Source: an uncultured Eubacteriales bacterium
GTDB lineage: Bacteria; Bacillota_I; Bacilli_A; RF39; UBA660
Assembly: GCA_905188025.1 (NCBI GenBank)
Contig: CAJJKI010000004.1
Location: 8,629-72,628, forward strand
DNA length: 64,000 nucleotides
Direction: 5' to 3'
Position numbers and translations under genes: made by a program
The notes under the pieces: model-generated
Databases searched by the model: none
The model's input: only the letters and a program-made list of their open reading frames with translations
Told to the model about the DNA's origin: nothing
Shown here: in pieces, positions 1 through 9,840 of the stretch
Layout of the letters: each line of letters starts with the position of its first letter
Position numbering within the stretch: position 1 is the first letter of the stretch

Positions 1-463
1 TGGCGGTTATTATGACTAAGTAGATAAGATTAAAGTCTTTAATGACAGCATATGAGGCAAGGAAAGAAGCAAGATAACTTAGAATTAATGATGAACTAAT
101 TTTTTTCTTTTCATTTAGCAAAGTCATACCATAATAGTGCCTTATTGGATGATAGGTAAAAATTGATAGTGATAAACTTATAGCAATTAAATATGGATTT
201 TGAGAGGTTTTAATTAAACAAAAGGCAATGGCGGAGACGATAGTTGATAGAAATAAGATATATTTATACCCTATTCTATTGCCAATTTTTATAGATAATG
301 AACTGATAATAGAGCCAAGGAAGTAAATTATAGCATATAAACCTATTATTGTATGAAATGACATGCCCTTTTGATAAAGAAATACCACCGAATATATATC
401 TAAAATATTTCTAGAAAATGTAGATATAAAAAGATATGTGTTAAAGAATTTTATATTTTTCAT
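1..463 (-). CDS. MFS-type transporter, N-terminal part (gene runs off the window start)
   Basis: Not in the ORF track because there is no stop in the window. Own translation from ATG (463-461) gives MKNIKFFNTYLFISTFSRNILDIYSVVFLYQKGMSF...SIKIGNRIGYKYILF... and stays open to position 1. It shows successive hydrophobic helices and a GNRxGxK loop resembling MFS motif A. Confidence 0.45.
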   Translation of the reverse strand, partial: MKNIKFFNTYLFISTFSRNILDIYSVVFLYQKGMSFHTIIGLYAIIYFLGSIISSLSIKIGNRIGYKYILFLSTIVSAIAFCLIKTSQNPYLIAISLSLSIFTYHPIRHYYGMTLLNEKKKISSSLILSYLASFLASYAVIKDFNLIYLVIITA

Positions 464-650
464 ATTTATTATTATGCATTGTTTTTTAAAAATAATAATA
501 TTTTTCTATATATTTTGATCATTTTATTGAATTTCGGAGAATTTTTGAATAGATTTTAAAATTATGAATATGGACATAAAAAAATCCTAAACTTTGTTAT
601 TTAGCATATATTAAGATGCCTTTAACTTTTTAGGACTTTTTATTTTATCG

Positions 651-3353
651 TTATTTTAAATTTTTAAAAATTTCTTTTACTTCTTTTAGGTAAGTAATTA
701 TATTTTTGGCATTAGAACCGCCACCTTGAGCAAAGAATTTATTGCCGCCACCATTACCTTCACACTTTGTACATATATCTTTTATTATATTTCCACAGTG
801 AATTTTATCGTTGTCAATATTTGTTTTGCAGATTATATTAACATTAGATTTATTCATGTTAGCAATTAATACAAAGATATTTTTTTCTTGATTTGTAATG
901 TTATCAACTAGTTGTTTTAATGTTGGTATGTCATAATTACTTGTAGTAGCGATAATTGTATTGTAACCATTTATTTCTTCTTTTACTTTTAAGAAATCTG
1001 TAATATTTTCTAGAGATTTATTAGTTAACTCTTCGTTAATATTTTTTTCTAATTTCTTTATTGATATTTTTAAGCGTTCTAGTTGTTCTTTATAGTATAC
1101 AACGTCGGCATAGCTATCTAATTCTTGGTATTCTATATCAAAATCAAAGCAACATTTTACTTTTTCAGCAGTAGCTTGTTTAATTAGTGTTTTTGATTTT
1201 TCTAGAAGTTTTGTTATTTCTTCGGTGTATGGTTTTGTTATTTTCTTTAGTTCTTCAGGAATTAGGTTATCAGTTGTTCCTTCGATACGATAAGTATCAC
1301 TACCTTTGTTTTCTAGTTTTAGGATTGCTATTTTTTCTATATCTTTGGTATTTTTGACGTGAGTACCTCCACATAATTCAATAGAATCTCCCATCATTAC
1401 TACTCTAACAATGTCATCATATTTATCTTCAAATAAAGCCATTGCTCCTTTTTGCTTAGCTTCTTCTAGAGACATATACTCTATTTTGCTTGGAGAAGAT
1501 GATTTTACTTTTTCATTAGCTAGTTGTTCTATTTCTACAATCATTTTATCAGAAAGTTTTCCACGGTAAGTAAAGTCAAATCTGAATGTGTTGTTGTCTA
1601 CTCTACTTCCGGCTTGGTGAACACTGTTACCTAACAAATCTTGAAGAGTTCTTTGTAGTAAGTGGGTAGCTGAGTGATTTCTTGTTGTAGCAGCACGAAA
1701 TTCTGGATCTACGCTAGCAATAATACTTTCTCCTTTTATGATTGTTCCTTCAATAACTTTAACTTTTAGGAGGTGCTGTTTGTTAGGACATTTAATGACG
1801 TCTAAGACTTCTAGTTGACAACTGTTATTTTTCAAGGTACCTTTATCGCTTACTTGGCCACCACTTTCAGCATAGAATGGATTTTCGTGAATGAAAATAT
1901 AACATTCAGTATTACATTTATTTACAAATTTATCATTTTTAATTATTTCTTGGATGAATGTTTTTACTTCGAGGGTCTCATATCCTACAAATTTGCTTGG
2001 TTCTTTGTAGTTTAAGAGAAGCTCATTTTGGACATTCATGCTTGAATCAACTTTACGATTACGACGAGCTGTCTCTTTTTGCACTTCCATATATTTTTTG
2101 AAGCCTTCGTTATCAACGATAAAGCCACGCTCATTGGCACATTCTTCTGTTAACTCAATTGGATAACCATATGTATCATATAGTTTGAAAGCATCATTAC
2201 CACTAATCATATTATTTTTTGAAGTTGTAAATATTTCTTCAAGCTTCTTTTCACCTTGAAGTAATGTTTTTTGGAATAGTTCTTCTTCTTTAGTTATAAG
2301 TTCTTTGATCATATTACGATTAGTTTCTAGTTCAGGGTATATTTCCTTGTAGTTATCTACGACAATATCAGCAAGAGAGGCCATAAATGTGTGAGATATA
2401 TTTAGTTTGCGACCCATGCGTGCTGCACGACGAAGTAATCTTCTTAGGACATAGCCACGGCCGTAGTTTTCAAATGAAGCACCATCTGACAAGGCAAAAG
2501 TTAAGGTTCTTACATGATCAGCGATTACTTTAAACTCCATTTGACCTAAATATTTGATTAGAGCTTGTTCTTCAATACCATGCATGATTGGTAAAAATAA
2601 ATCTGTTTCGTAATTTGTTTCAGCGTTTTGCATGATACAAGCCATTCTTTCAACGCCCATTCCTGTATCAATATTTTTGCTTGGTAGTTCTTGATATTTG
2701 TCTCTTGGAACACCTTCTTTGGCATTGTATTGACTGAAAACATTATTCCATATTTCTATATAACGATCATTTTCAATTTCTTTTTCTAATAATTTTATAC
2801 CTAATTTTTCTTTATCATATTTTGGACCACGATCATAGAATATTTCAGAATCTGGGCCACATGGACCTTCTCCAATTTCCCAGAAGTTGCCACGTAATTT
2901 GATTATGTGATCTTTAGGCATTCCTAGAGAAAGCCATTTGTTATAAGCATCGGTGTCACTTGGATATACTGTTACATATAATTTTTCTTTATCGAAGCCA
3001 AAGTATTTCGGACTGGTTAGTAGTTCCATAGCCCATGTTAATGCTTCGTCTTTGAAATAATCTCCGATAGAGAAATTTCCTAGCATTTGGAAAAATGTGT
3101 GATGTCTTGCTGTTACTCCTACTGATTCTATATCACCAGTTCTAATACATTTTTGACAACTAGTTATTCTTCTATTTTGGGGAACTATTGTACCATCAAA
3201 ATATTTTTTTAGTGGAGTTACGCCAGCGTTTATCCATAATACTGTAGGGTCATCGTGTGGAATTAGACTAGCGGATTCTATTTCTGTGTGTCCGTGGGCT
3301 TTAAAAAAGTCTAGGTACATTCTAATTATTTGATTCCCGGTTAATTTTTTCAT
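651..3353 (-). CDS. alaS: alanine--tRNA ligase
   Basis: 900 aa. Class II AlaRS hallmarks are present: FFQMLGNFSFGDYFK-like FFQMLGNFSIGDYFK, the editing-domain HSATHLL and CGGTHV motifs, and a C-terminal DHHA1-like GGGG tail. Confidence 0.97.
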   Translation of the reverse strand: MKKLTGNQIIRMYLDFFKAHGHTEIESASLIPHDDPTVLWINAGVTPLKKYFDGTIVPQNRRITSCQKCIRTGDIESVGVTARHHTFFQMLGNFSIGDYFKDEALTWAMELLTSPKYFGFDKEKLYVTVYPSDTDAYNKWLSLGMPKDHIIKLRGNFWEIGEGPCGPDSEIFYDRGPKYDKEKLGIKLLEKEIENDRYIEIWNNVFSQYNAKEGVPRDKYQELPSKNIDTGMGVERMACIMQNAETNYETDLFLPIMHGIEEQALIKYLGQMEFKVIADHVRTLTFALSDGASFENYGRGYVLRRLLRRAARMGRKLNISHTFMASLADIVVDNYKEIYPELETNRNMIKELITKEEELFQKTLLQGEKKLEEIFTTSKNNMISGNDAFKLYDTYGYPIELTEECANERGFIVDNEGFKKYMEVQKETARRNRKVDSSMNVQNELLLNYKEPSKFVGYETLEVKTFIQEIIKNDKFVNKCNTECYIFIHENPFYAESGGQVSDKGTLKNNSCQLEVLDVIKCPNKQHLLKVKVIEGTIIKGESIIASVDPEFRAATTRNHSATHLLQRTLQDLLGNSVHQAGSRVDNNTFRFDFTYRGKLSDKMIVEIEQLANEKVKSSSPSKIEYMSLEEAKQKGAMALFEDKYDDIVRVVMMGDSIELCGGTHVKNTKDIEKIAILKLENKGSDTYRIEGTTDNLIPEELKKITKPYTEEITKLLEKSKTLIKQATAEKVKCCFDFDIEYQELDSYADVVYYKEQLERLKISIKKLEKNINEELTNKSLENITDFLKVKEEINGYNTIIATTSNYDIPTLKQLVDNITNQEKNIFVLIANMNKSNVNIICKTNIDNDKIHCGNIIKDICTKCEGNGGGNKFFAQGGGSNAKNIITYLKEVKEIFKNLK

Positions 3354-3919
3354 TATCTTCTCATCTCTTCTTTCTTGGACATATAGCCTAAGATATCAGT
3401 TAATTGGTCTACTGCTTCTACTACCCCTTTGTTGTTGCAAATGAAGTAATCGGCAAAAGCAATTGGTTGTGCTTTTTCAAGTTTTTCTAGTTCTGATATA
3501 TCTCTATATTCGGCTTCACTATTTGATAGTGGTCTTGCAGGTCTTTGAATTAATCTTTTATATCTAAGTTTTTTGTCAGTAACGACAGCAATTACTTTCA
3601 TGTTAGGAAGTTCATCAATTAGATATTTGTATTCTGCCCATGAGTATAAGCCATCAAGTACGACGTTATCAGTCTTGGCTAATTCTTTTATTTCTGGTAA
3701 TAATACTTTGGCATAAGCAGACATTCCTAATTCTTGACGTAATTTTTCACGAATTTTTCTTTCATTATCAGGATTTACTTCAAGATTGGCTTCGGCTAAT
3801 TTTTTCATAGTTACGCCTCCAAAATATACTCTTTTGTATCCTAAGTATTCCTCTAAATAATTGGCAACTACACTTTTTCCAGCGCCACACATACCTACTA
3901 CTGCGATTATTTTTTTCAT
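3353..3919 (-). CDS. P-loop nucleotide/dephospho-CoA-kinase-like protein
   Basis: 188 aa with Walker A GMCGAGKS at the N-terminus and small-kinase size. Its stop overlaps the alaS start (TAATG), so the two genes are translationally coupled. Confidence 0.55.
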   Translation of the reverse strand: MKKIIAVVGMCGAGKSVVANYLEEYLGYKRVYFGGVTMKKLAEANLEVNPDNERKIREKLRQELGMSAYAKVLLPEIKELAKTDNVVLDGLYSWAEYKYLIDELPNMKVIAVVTDKKLRYKRLIQRPARPLSNSEAEYRDISELEKLEKAQPIAFADYFICNNKGVVEAVDQLTDILGYMSKKEEMRR

Positions 3920-3989
3920 ATTTTTTTCCTCCTCTTATAAATAATCTATTTTTTTCTTTTAATTATTTCCTTTTAAATAAATTTTCTTA

Positions 3990-4205
3990 AATAAAAAAGC
4001 GAACTAATTCATTTCTAGGAACGAATTAATCCGCGGTACCATCCTAATTATATATTTTGTATATATAACCTTAATTTTGATAACGGTTCTAGCCGGTGAG
4101 GATTGGTCACATTAATAGAAGGAGCTTTCAAATAAATTTCTTATCCATTTACACCAACCATGGATTCTCTATGAAGAATTTTTATTTTACTTATCTTCTA
4201 CATTT
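3990..4205 (-). promoter_or_regulatory. T-box leader (probable Ala specifier) with terminator/antiterminator
   Basis: The minus strand reads AATTAGGATGGTACCGCGG (4049-4031), matching the conserved T-box sequence. Downstream is a 12-bp terminator stem, GCGGAUUAAUUC...GAAUUAGUUCGC, followed by U6 (about 4036-3993), whose 5' arm overlaps the T-box. Upstream there is an AGAGA element (4170-4166), GGUUGGUG, and a GAAAGCUCC loop containing GCU (4125-4123). Confidence 0.8.
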
Positions 4206-4212
4206 TTTATTA

Positions 4213-4422
4213 TTACATAAATTTATTCATTTGTTTCATCATTTGATTTATTTGTTTTTGTGATGGTGTTCTCCCCATACCACTCATCATTGCTTTAATC
4301 ATTTGTTCATTTATTGGGGGATTCTTTTTTAAATATTTTTTCATATATGTTCTAGCAATGAAGAATCCTGCAACTCCTCCTGCTATTAAGCCAACTAATA
4401 AATATAAAATATCTTTTAGCAT
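4213..4422 (-). CDS. yneF: UPF0154/YneF-family small membrane protein
   Basis: 69 aa with one N-terminal TM helix followed by the [28 protein letters not shown] motif typical of YneF. The tkt-sirA-yneF synteny matches Bacillus. Confidence 0.75.
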   Translation of the reverse strand: MLKDILYLLVGLIAGGVAGFFIARTYMKKYLKKNPPINEQMIKAMMSGMGRTPSQKQINQMMKQMNKFM

Positions 4423-4447
4423 ATTAATACGTCCTTTCTTTAGTTAA

Positions 4448-4885
4448 TTATACTAAACTTAAGTTATTTTGTCTATCTTTATTTAACAAATCTAGCCAAA
4501 AATAGTCTTTATTTTTGAAATCACATACAAATATGTTATCAAGAGTGCTGTTTAAATCATTTAAAAATACAGAATATATATCATTTGTTTTGAGGATTAA
4601 GCATGTAGAAGTTATTGTTAAAATATTGTATTTTCCATTATTTAGAAAATGGATATTGTTATCACGTGTATAGTTTTGACTTGATTTATTAATGTTATAT
4701 ATGTATTCATTTAGAGCTAATTTATTAAATTCAATGGCAAATTTCTTGTAGTATCTATAGCTTAGTAATTCATCATATTCTTTTGTATAGTATAATTCTT
4801 CAATTATTTTGTACATTTTGTAAGGCCATTTTTTATATATGTAAGCAAAATATTTATTAATTTTAAAGATATAATATGTTCGCAT
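4448..4885 (-). CDS. SirA-like sporulation inhibitor of replication
   Basis: 145 aa. The N-terminus MRTYYIFKINKYF and C-terminus FVCDFKNKDYFWLDLLNKDR resemble B. subtilis SirA/YneE as I recall it (MERHYYTYLIKEEF... and ...MDFNSKRYGWLNPVKERNFV). It occupies the same position between tkt and yneF. Confidence 0.5.
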   Translation of the reverse strand: MRTYYIFKINKYFAYIYKKWPYKMYKIIEELYYTKEYDELLSYRYYKKFAIEFNKLALNEYIYNINKSSQNYTRDNNIHFLNNGKYNILTITSTCLILKTNDIYSVFLNDLNSTLDNIFVCDFKNKDYFWLDLLNKDRQNNLSLV

Positions 4886-4945
4886 AGTATCACCATATAA
4901 TATCTTAGCTTTTTAACTATGTATTTTTTGTCGAATTATGAGCTA

Positions 4946-6916
4946 TTATATACTATTTTTTATCTTTATGATAATGCTGGCTAGGTCTAGTTCAAACTCA
5001 TTTTGTAGTTCTTCAGGGGTTCCACTTTTTCCAAATGTGTTTATGTTAATTATATCTTCATCATTTTTTACTAGACGATATAGTGTTGGGTCATTTGAAA
5101 ATTCTATTACCATACGCTTATATCCTTTTGGTAAGACTTGATTTTGATATTCTTTTGACTGCTTGAAAAATTCTTTTATATTTGGCATTGATACAATTCT
5201 TGCTTCAATAAAGTTTTTTAATAATTCTTGTTTTAATTTCATGGCAAGAGTAACTTCAGAGCCGGATGCAATTAAGATTACGTCTAGGCGATTTTTTACT
5301 TCGCTAATAACATAACCACCTAAAGATGTTTCTTCGATTGAAGTGTATTTGTAGCTTTCTGTTGGATTTTTAGAGATAACTAGAGCTGCTGGCTTTTTAT
5401 TTTTTAATATCAATTGCCATGAACCAATTAATTCTTTATAATCACAGGGACGATATACTTCTAAATTAGGAATTGTACGTAACATTGATAATTCTTCAAT
5501 TGGTTGATGAGTTTTACCATCTTGACCTATCATAAAACTATCATGAGTGAAAATATATGTTACCGGTAAGTTCATGATGGCAGTATTTCTTATTGATGGT
5601 TTCATATTATCTGCGAAGGTTAAAAATGTTGATCCAAAGCAGCGAATATTGGTCAAAGCGATACCATTTAATATTGCTCCCATGGCATTTTCTCTAACTC
5701 CAAAAGCAATATTTTTATTTTGATAACTATCAGCTGTATAATTGCCTCCATTTTTTAAATAAGTTTTTGTGGATGAAACTACGTCTGCAGAGCCACCGAT
5801 AAAACGGTCAATAAAGGTTGATATTACATTCATTATTTGAAAATTAATATCACGCATTGTTTTATCTAAAAATAGTTTTTCTTTATCAATTACTTTTTCT
5901 AAATCTAAGATAATATCTTCATCGTTTATAAGATCATTTAGTTTTTCCACTTCACTTTCACTGGCTGTATTAACATATTCTTGGTAATCTTTATACCAAT
6001 CGCTATAAGCAAATTCATTTCTTTCTTTAATGCTTCTACGAAGATGGCGAAGGTTATCTTCATCAATTTCAAATGGTCCTGTTCCTTTTAGTTTTTCTCT
6101 AATTTGATGCAAATCATCGTCTTCTAGTTTACTATGAATTTTATTGGTGTTTTCATATTCTGAACCTTTTCCTAGAATTGTATTTACTATTATTAGAGTT
6201 GGTTGTTTACTTTTGTTGGCGGCTTCTAAGGCTTTATTTATTTCAGATAGTTTATCACCGTTTTTAACTGTTAAAACGCACCAGTCAAGAGCGGCATACA
6301 TATTGGCTATTTTTTCATTATAATCTTTATCTAGGGCGCCATCTAGGGTCATCTTGTTAGCATCATACAAAACAATTAGATTATTTAACTTGTATTCGCC
6401 GGCAAGGGATGCTGCTTCATAAGATATTCCTTCCATTAAATCTCCATCACTGCAAAGGCAATATGTATTATAGTTAAATAGAGTTAATTTTTTAGTATTA
6501 TATTTGCTTTCTAAATGCTTTTCTGCTATAGCCATACCTACTGCAGTGGCAAATCCTTGTCCTAGTGATCCAGTGGTTGCTTCAATTCTTTTCTTTATGT
6601 TTAGTTCTGGATGACCTGGAGTTTGGGAATTTATATGGCGATATTTTTTTAAGTCATCAATGCTAAAATCACCGGTTGTGGCATATATTGTGGCATATAG
6701 TAAGGCAGACCCATGCCCTGCTGAGAGAACAAAGCGATCTCGATTACACCATTCTGGCCTATCAATGTCATAAACCATGTGGTTGGCAAATAATGTATAT
6801 ATCATTGGAGCGGCACTTAGACAAATACCTGGATGACCACTGCCGGCATTTTGTATCATATCAAGGGATAATAATTTTATATCATCAATCATTCTTTTTT
6901 CATCTAATTTTGACAT
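4946..6916 (-). CDS. tkt: transketolase
   Basis: 656 aa with the N-terminal SGHPG thiamine-diphosphate motif and GDGxxxEG-like SDGDLMEGISYEA. Length and domain order are typical. Confidence 0.95.
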   Translation of the reverse strand: MSKLDEKRMIDDIKLLSLDMIQNAGSGHPGICLSAAPMIYTLFANHMVYDIDRPEWCNRDRFVLSAGHGSALLYATIYATTGDFSIDDLKKYRHINSQTPGHPELNIKKRIEATTGSLGQGFATAVGMAIAEKHLESKYNTKKLTLFNYNTYCLCSDGDLMEGISYEAASLAGEYKLNNLIVLYDANKMTLDGALDKDYNEKIANMYAALDWCVLTVKNGDKLSEINKALEAANKSKQPTLIIVNTILGKGSEYENTNKIHSKLEDDDLHQIREKLKGTGPFEIDEDNLRHLRRSIKERNEFAYSDWYKDYQEYVNTASESEVEKLNDLINDEDIILDLEKVIDKEKLFLDKTMRDINFQIMNVISTFIDRFIGGSADVVSSTKTYLKNGGNYTADSYQNKNIAFGVRENAMGAILNGIALTNIRCFGSTFLTFADNMKPSIRNTAIMNLPVTYIFTHDSFMIGQDGKTHQPIEELSMLRTIPNLEVYRPCDYKELIGSWQLILKNKKPAALVISKNPTESYKYTSIEETSLGGYVISEVKNRLDVILIASGSEVTLAMKLKQELLKNFIEARIVSMPNIKEFFKQSKEYQNQVLPKGYKRMVIEFSNDPTLYRLVKNDEDIININTFGKSGTPEELQNEFELDLASIIIKIKNSI

Positions 6917-7090
6917 TTCTCTTACCTACTTTCAAGTAAATTATATCATAATTCTGTTACGATTGAAAGTTTTTTAATTAAATTGATGATTATTGTATCT
7001 TTATTTTACTTATATGGCATTAATATGTGATAATGATCAAATTTTATTTTAGCTTTGTTGAAGTTTTTTTAATTTAATACTTTTATACAT

Positions 7091-7119
7091 AAAAAACCAC
7101 CAACGTAGTTAGTTGATGG
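7091..7119 (-). terminator. rho-independent terminator after rpmF
   Basis: The minus strand has the hairpin CCATCAAC-loop-GTTGGTGG followed by a T6 run. Confidence 0.7.
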
Positions 7120-7135
7120 AATCTATTATTTTAAA

Positions 7136-7315
7136 TTAGTTAGCTTTTTCTAATTTATTTGCTCCTTTATAAAATCCGCATTTGGGACAAACTCTATGTG
7201 GTCTTATCATTTCACCACAATTTGTACATTTTACTAAACCGTTTGCGGTAACTTTATAATGAGTTCTTCTCATGTTTTTTCTAGTTTTACTAATTTTTCT
7301 AAATGGAACTGCCAT
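7136..7315 (-). CDS. rpmF: 50S ribosomal protein L32
   Basis: Below the ORF-track size cutoff. Own translation gives MAVPFRKISKTRKNMRRTHYKVTANGLVKCTNCGEMIRPHRVCPKCGFYKGANKLEKAN (59 aa), with the canonical L32 N-terminus and a CxxC...CxxC zinc ribbon. Confidence 0.93.
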   Translation of the reverse strand: MAVPFRKISKTRKNMRRTHYKVTANGLVKCTNCGEMIRPHRVCPKCGFYKGANKLEKAN

Positions 7316-7316
7316 G

Positions 7317-7793
7317 TTATTTTTCCTCCTTTGCGTTTATTAAATTTTTTAAGTTGGCAAATGGATTGTTAGCAGTATTTCTTTCTTCTTGGTATTTTTC
7401 TTCAGAAATTACTCGCCAGCCATCTCCACTTAATTCAACATCTTCATTAGTGCTACGCACCTTTGAAGGAATTTCTACTAATATGTTTTGCCATGAAACA
7501 TCTATAAGATTTAGTTCTGTTTTGTCTTTGTCTAGTATTTCATCTAATTCACTGTCAAATTCATATTCAACAGGTTCTAGAGTTATGTCATCTTGAAGGG
7601 TCATACTTCCTTTAATGTTACCAGTCATGATTAATTCATTTTCTTCATCAATTTTTATTTTGGCGTTAATAGAAACATTATGCAATTCTTTAATTAGGGA
7701 GCCTTCTATATATTCATTTGGGATTGTAATGTTTTCGTTAATACTTATATATGGTACCCTATTAGTTATTAGTTTTGTTAAATCTATTTTCAT
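7317..7793 (-). CDS. YceD/YlbN (DUF177) family protein
   Basis: 158 aa acidic protein immediately upstream of rpmF, which is the conserved ylbN-rpmF arrangement. Confidence 0.75.
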   Translation of the reverse strand: MKIDLTKLITNRVPYISINENITIPNEYIEGSLIKELHNVSINAKIKIDEENELIMTGNIKGSMTLQDDITLEPVEYEFDSELDEILDKDKTELNLIDVSWQNILVEIPSKVRSTNEDVELSGDGWRVISEEKYQEERNTANNPFANLKNLINAKEEK

Positions 7794-7811
7794 TTTATCA
7801 CCTATAATCCT

Positions 7812-8654
7812 TTAATTGGGATATTCATCAAAAGTAATTTTTCCAAGATATCCATCACGTAAATCTTTAATTACTGTGGTGTAAACTTTTTCATAATTTA
7901 CTTCTTGATTTTTTATGGCTCCAATCTTTTTACCAATTGAATCAATAATTTCTATGATATCTTTACTTGTTGGTAAATTATATCTAGATATTATGTTATT
8001 TGGATAATATTTTAGCATGTTTTTAATGATATAGATTGCTACTTCTTCTGTATCTAATATTTCTTCTTTTATTGCAGTCATTGCTGCTAAATTTAAAGCA
8101 GTTTTTTCATCGTCTAATTTTGGCCATAATATTCCAGGAGTATCAAGCAGTTCAATTTGATTATTTATTCTAATCCATTCTAACTTTTTTGTGATTCCTG
8201 GTTTATTTCCAACATTAGTTGCTTTTTTGCCTACCAAACGATTGATTAAAGTTGATTTTCCGACATTTGGAATACCTAAAATTAATACTCGAAGTTTTCG
8301 TGGCATTAATCCCTTTTTTGCTCTTTTTTCATTTAACTCTTTTGTTAGTTTATTGGTCTCTTCATAAATTTTGTGAAGATTTGGATTGTTTATTAAATCT
8401 ACTGGAATTACATTATACCCAGCATGTTCGTAGTGTTCAATCCATTTCTGAGTCTTTTGCTGATCACACAAATCATATTTAGTCATTATAAGTATTCGAG
8501 GTTTGTCTTTAATTAATGCATCTATGTCTTTATTTTTTGATGATCTAGGAATTCTGGCATCTATTACTTCAAAAACAATATCAATCAAATCTATTTTTTC
8601 TTTGATTTCTCTTTTGGTTTTTGCCATATGCCCAGGATACCAATTTATTGCCAT
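7812..8654 (-). CDS. rbgA: ribosome biogenesis GTPase A
   Basis: Begins INWYPGHMAKTKREI. It has a circularly permuted GTPase with G4 TKYDL placed before G1 GIPNVGKST. I chose the ATG at 8654, preceded by GAGGTG, over the track's GTG at 8663. Confidence 0.9.
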   Translation of the reverse strand: MAINWYPGHMAKTKREIKEKIDLIDIVFEVIDARIPRSSKNKDIDALIKDKPRILIMTKYDLCDQQKTQKWIEHYEHAGYNVIPVDLINNPNLHKIYEETNKLTKELNEKRAKKGLMPRKLRVLILGIPNVGKSTLINRLVGKKATNVGNKPGITKKLEWIRINNQIELLDTPGILWPKLDDEKTALNLAAMTAIKEEILDTEEVAIYIIKNMLKYYPNNIISRYNLPTSKDIIEIIDSIGKKIGAIKNQEVNYEKVYTTVIKDLRDGYLGKITFDEYPN

Positions 8655-8667
8655 AAGAGTCACCTCG

Positions 8668-9183
8668 CTATCTTATTTTTTTTATTGGCCAAAGACTTAT
8701 TGTTGTTTTTCCTTCAATGTCTTTTTTATCAATTAATCCAATAATTCTACTATCTGAAGAAACTTGTCTATTGTCTCCTAATACTAGATATTTATCTTTG
8801 GGAATTTTATCGCAATTGCAAATACTTTTTAATGTAAAGTCTTCAGTATCAAAATTATACTCTTCAGTATTTACTTCATGACCGTTTATATATAAAGTAT
8901 TATTACGATATTCTACTGTTTCTCCAGGCAAACCGATTACTCTTTTAATTATTTCGCTTTTACCAATATTTATAACTACTATATCATTTCTTTTTATATC
9001 GCTAAAGTGATAACCAATTTTATTTAATAATAGTACTTGACCATCTTTTAAAGTTGGTACCATTGAATCTCCTACTACAATAACCGGGGTTACGATAAAG
9101 GTTCTTATTAGTACTACTACTATAATTATGACAGCATAAGGAATTAGATTTTTTATTTTCTCTTTCACTTTACCTCCACACAA
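8668..9183 (-). CDS. lepB: signal peptidase I (bacterial P-type, Ser/Lys)
   Basis: Contains the GDSMVPTL Ser box, the KRVIGLPGE Lys box and GDNRQVSSDSR. The start codon is uncertain (TTG at 9183 or GTG at 9168). Confidence 0.9.
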   Translation of the reverse strand: MCGGKVKEKIKNLIPYAVIIIVVVLIRTFIVTPVIVVGDSMVPTLKDGQVLLLNKIGYHFSDIKRNDIVVINIGKSEIIKRVIGLPGETVEYRNNTLYINGHEVNTEEYNFDTEDFTLKSICNCDKIPKDKYLVLGDNRQVSSDSRIIGLIDKKDIEGKTTISLWPIKKIR

Positions 9184-9218
9184 TATACAATATAAAGAAA
9201 ATAAACTCGAACAGTTTA

Positions 9219-9575
9219 TTATCTTTCTTCTTTGATGTTATAACGACCTTCTCTGTTTCTCAAGAAATATAATTTTGCTCTTCTAACAACGCCTTTTTTA
9301 ACTACTTCGATTGAAGCAATGTTTGGGCTATGGATTGGGAACGTTTTTTCAACACCAACACCAGAAGATATTTTTCTAACTGTAAATGTTTCTGTTGCAC
9401 CTGTTCCTTTTCTTGAAATGACTACTCCTTCAAAGTTTTGGATTCTTTCTTTTTCTTTTCCACCTTTTACTTCAGTGATTTTACAACCTACATTAACAGT
9501 GTATCCAACTCTGAATTCAGGAATGTCTTTCTTGATTTGCTTTTCATTAATTTTTTCAATTAAATTTTTAGCCAT
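9219..9575 (-). CDS. rplS: 50S ribosomal protein L19
   Basis: Reads [27 protein letters not shown]...[10 protein letters not shown] chose the ATG at 9575, preceded by AAGGAGAG, over the track's GTG at 9584. Confidence 0.95.
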   Translation of the reverse strand: MAKNLIEKINEKQIKKDIPEFRVGYTVNVGCKITEVKGGKEKERIQNFEGVVISRKGTGATETFTVRKISSGVGVEKTFPIHSPNIASIEVVKKGVVRRAKLYFLRNREGRYNIKEER

Positions 9576-9840
9576 CGTATTCACTCTCCTTTTCTTTTAA
9601 CCACAATCATAAATCAGTAATAAATAGATCTAGCGGATTGCTTCATTTATAAATGATATCACAGTTATTTAAAAAATACAAGTTTTTTTTGTTTTATCAA
9701 GGCTTTTTGTAGAAATATTTAAGAAATACTAGTTTTTTATAGTGATTTTTTTAATACTTAAGAAATAAAAGTTTACTGTTTTTATGTGGACTCTGAATAA
9801 GAGACATAGTTTTGCAGTAAACTTTTTCAATATTTTATAA

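Noticed and set aside
464-650. Terminator for alaS (TCCTAAA ... TTTAGGA inverted repeat at about 584-635)
   Set aside because: The arms are only 7-8 nt long and are separated by a loop of about 38 nt. It may work as part of a larger structure, but it is too weak to call confidently.
1815-2743. ORF-track entries 1815-2015 (+) and 2558-2743 (-) inside alaS
   Set aside because: Both are fully embedded in the well-supported 900-aa alaS frame, either antisense or out of frame. Their translations are low-complexity and they have no SD. These are typical spurious ORFs of AT-rich DNA. The same reasoning applies to the other short overlapping entries, such as 4938-5141, 6676-6939, 7303-7596, 7615-7815, 8252-8736, 9319-9600, 11129-11395, 14483-14865, 15058-15351, 24628-24951, 26424-26657, 30576-30881, 32088-32324, 36511-37142, 38897-39181, 40104-40337, 43446-44207, 44431-44697, 45529-46404, 48754-49358, 56154-56423, 58367-58582, 59346-59630, 62169-62399, 62938-63126 and 63658-63843.
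9585-9840. Possible L19 (rplS) leader RNA upstream of rplS
   Set aside because: A promoter-like TTGTAT..TATCAT and a 5' UTR of about 80 nt are present. I could not recognise the conserved L19-leader helices by eye, and a covariance-model scan would be needed.
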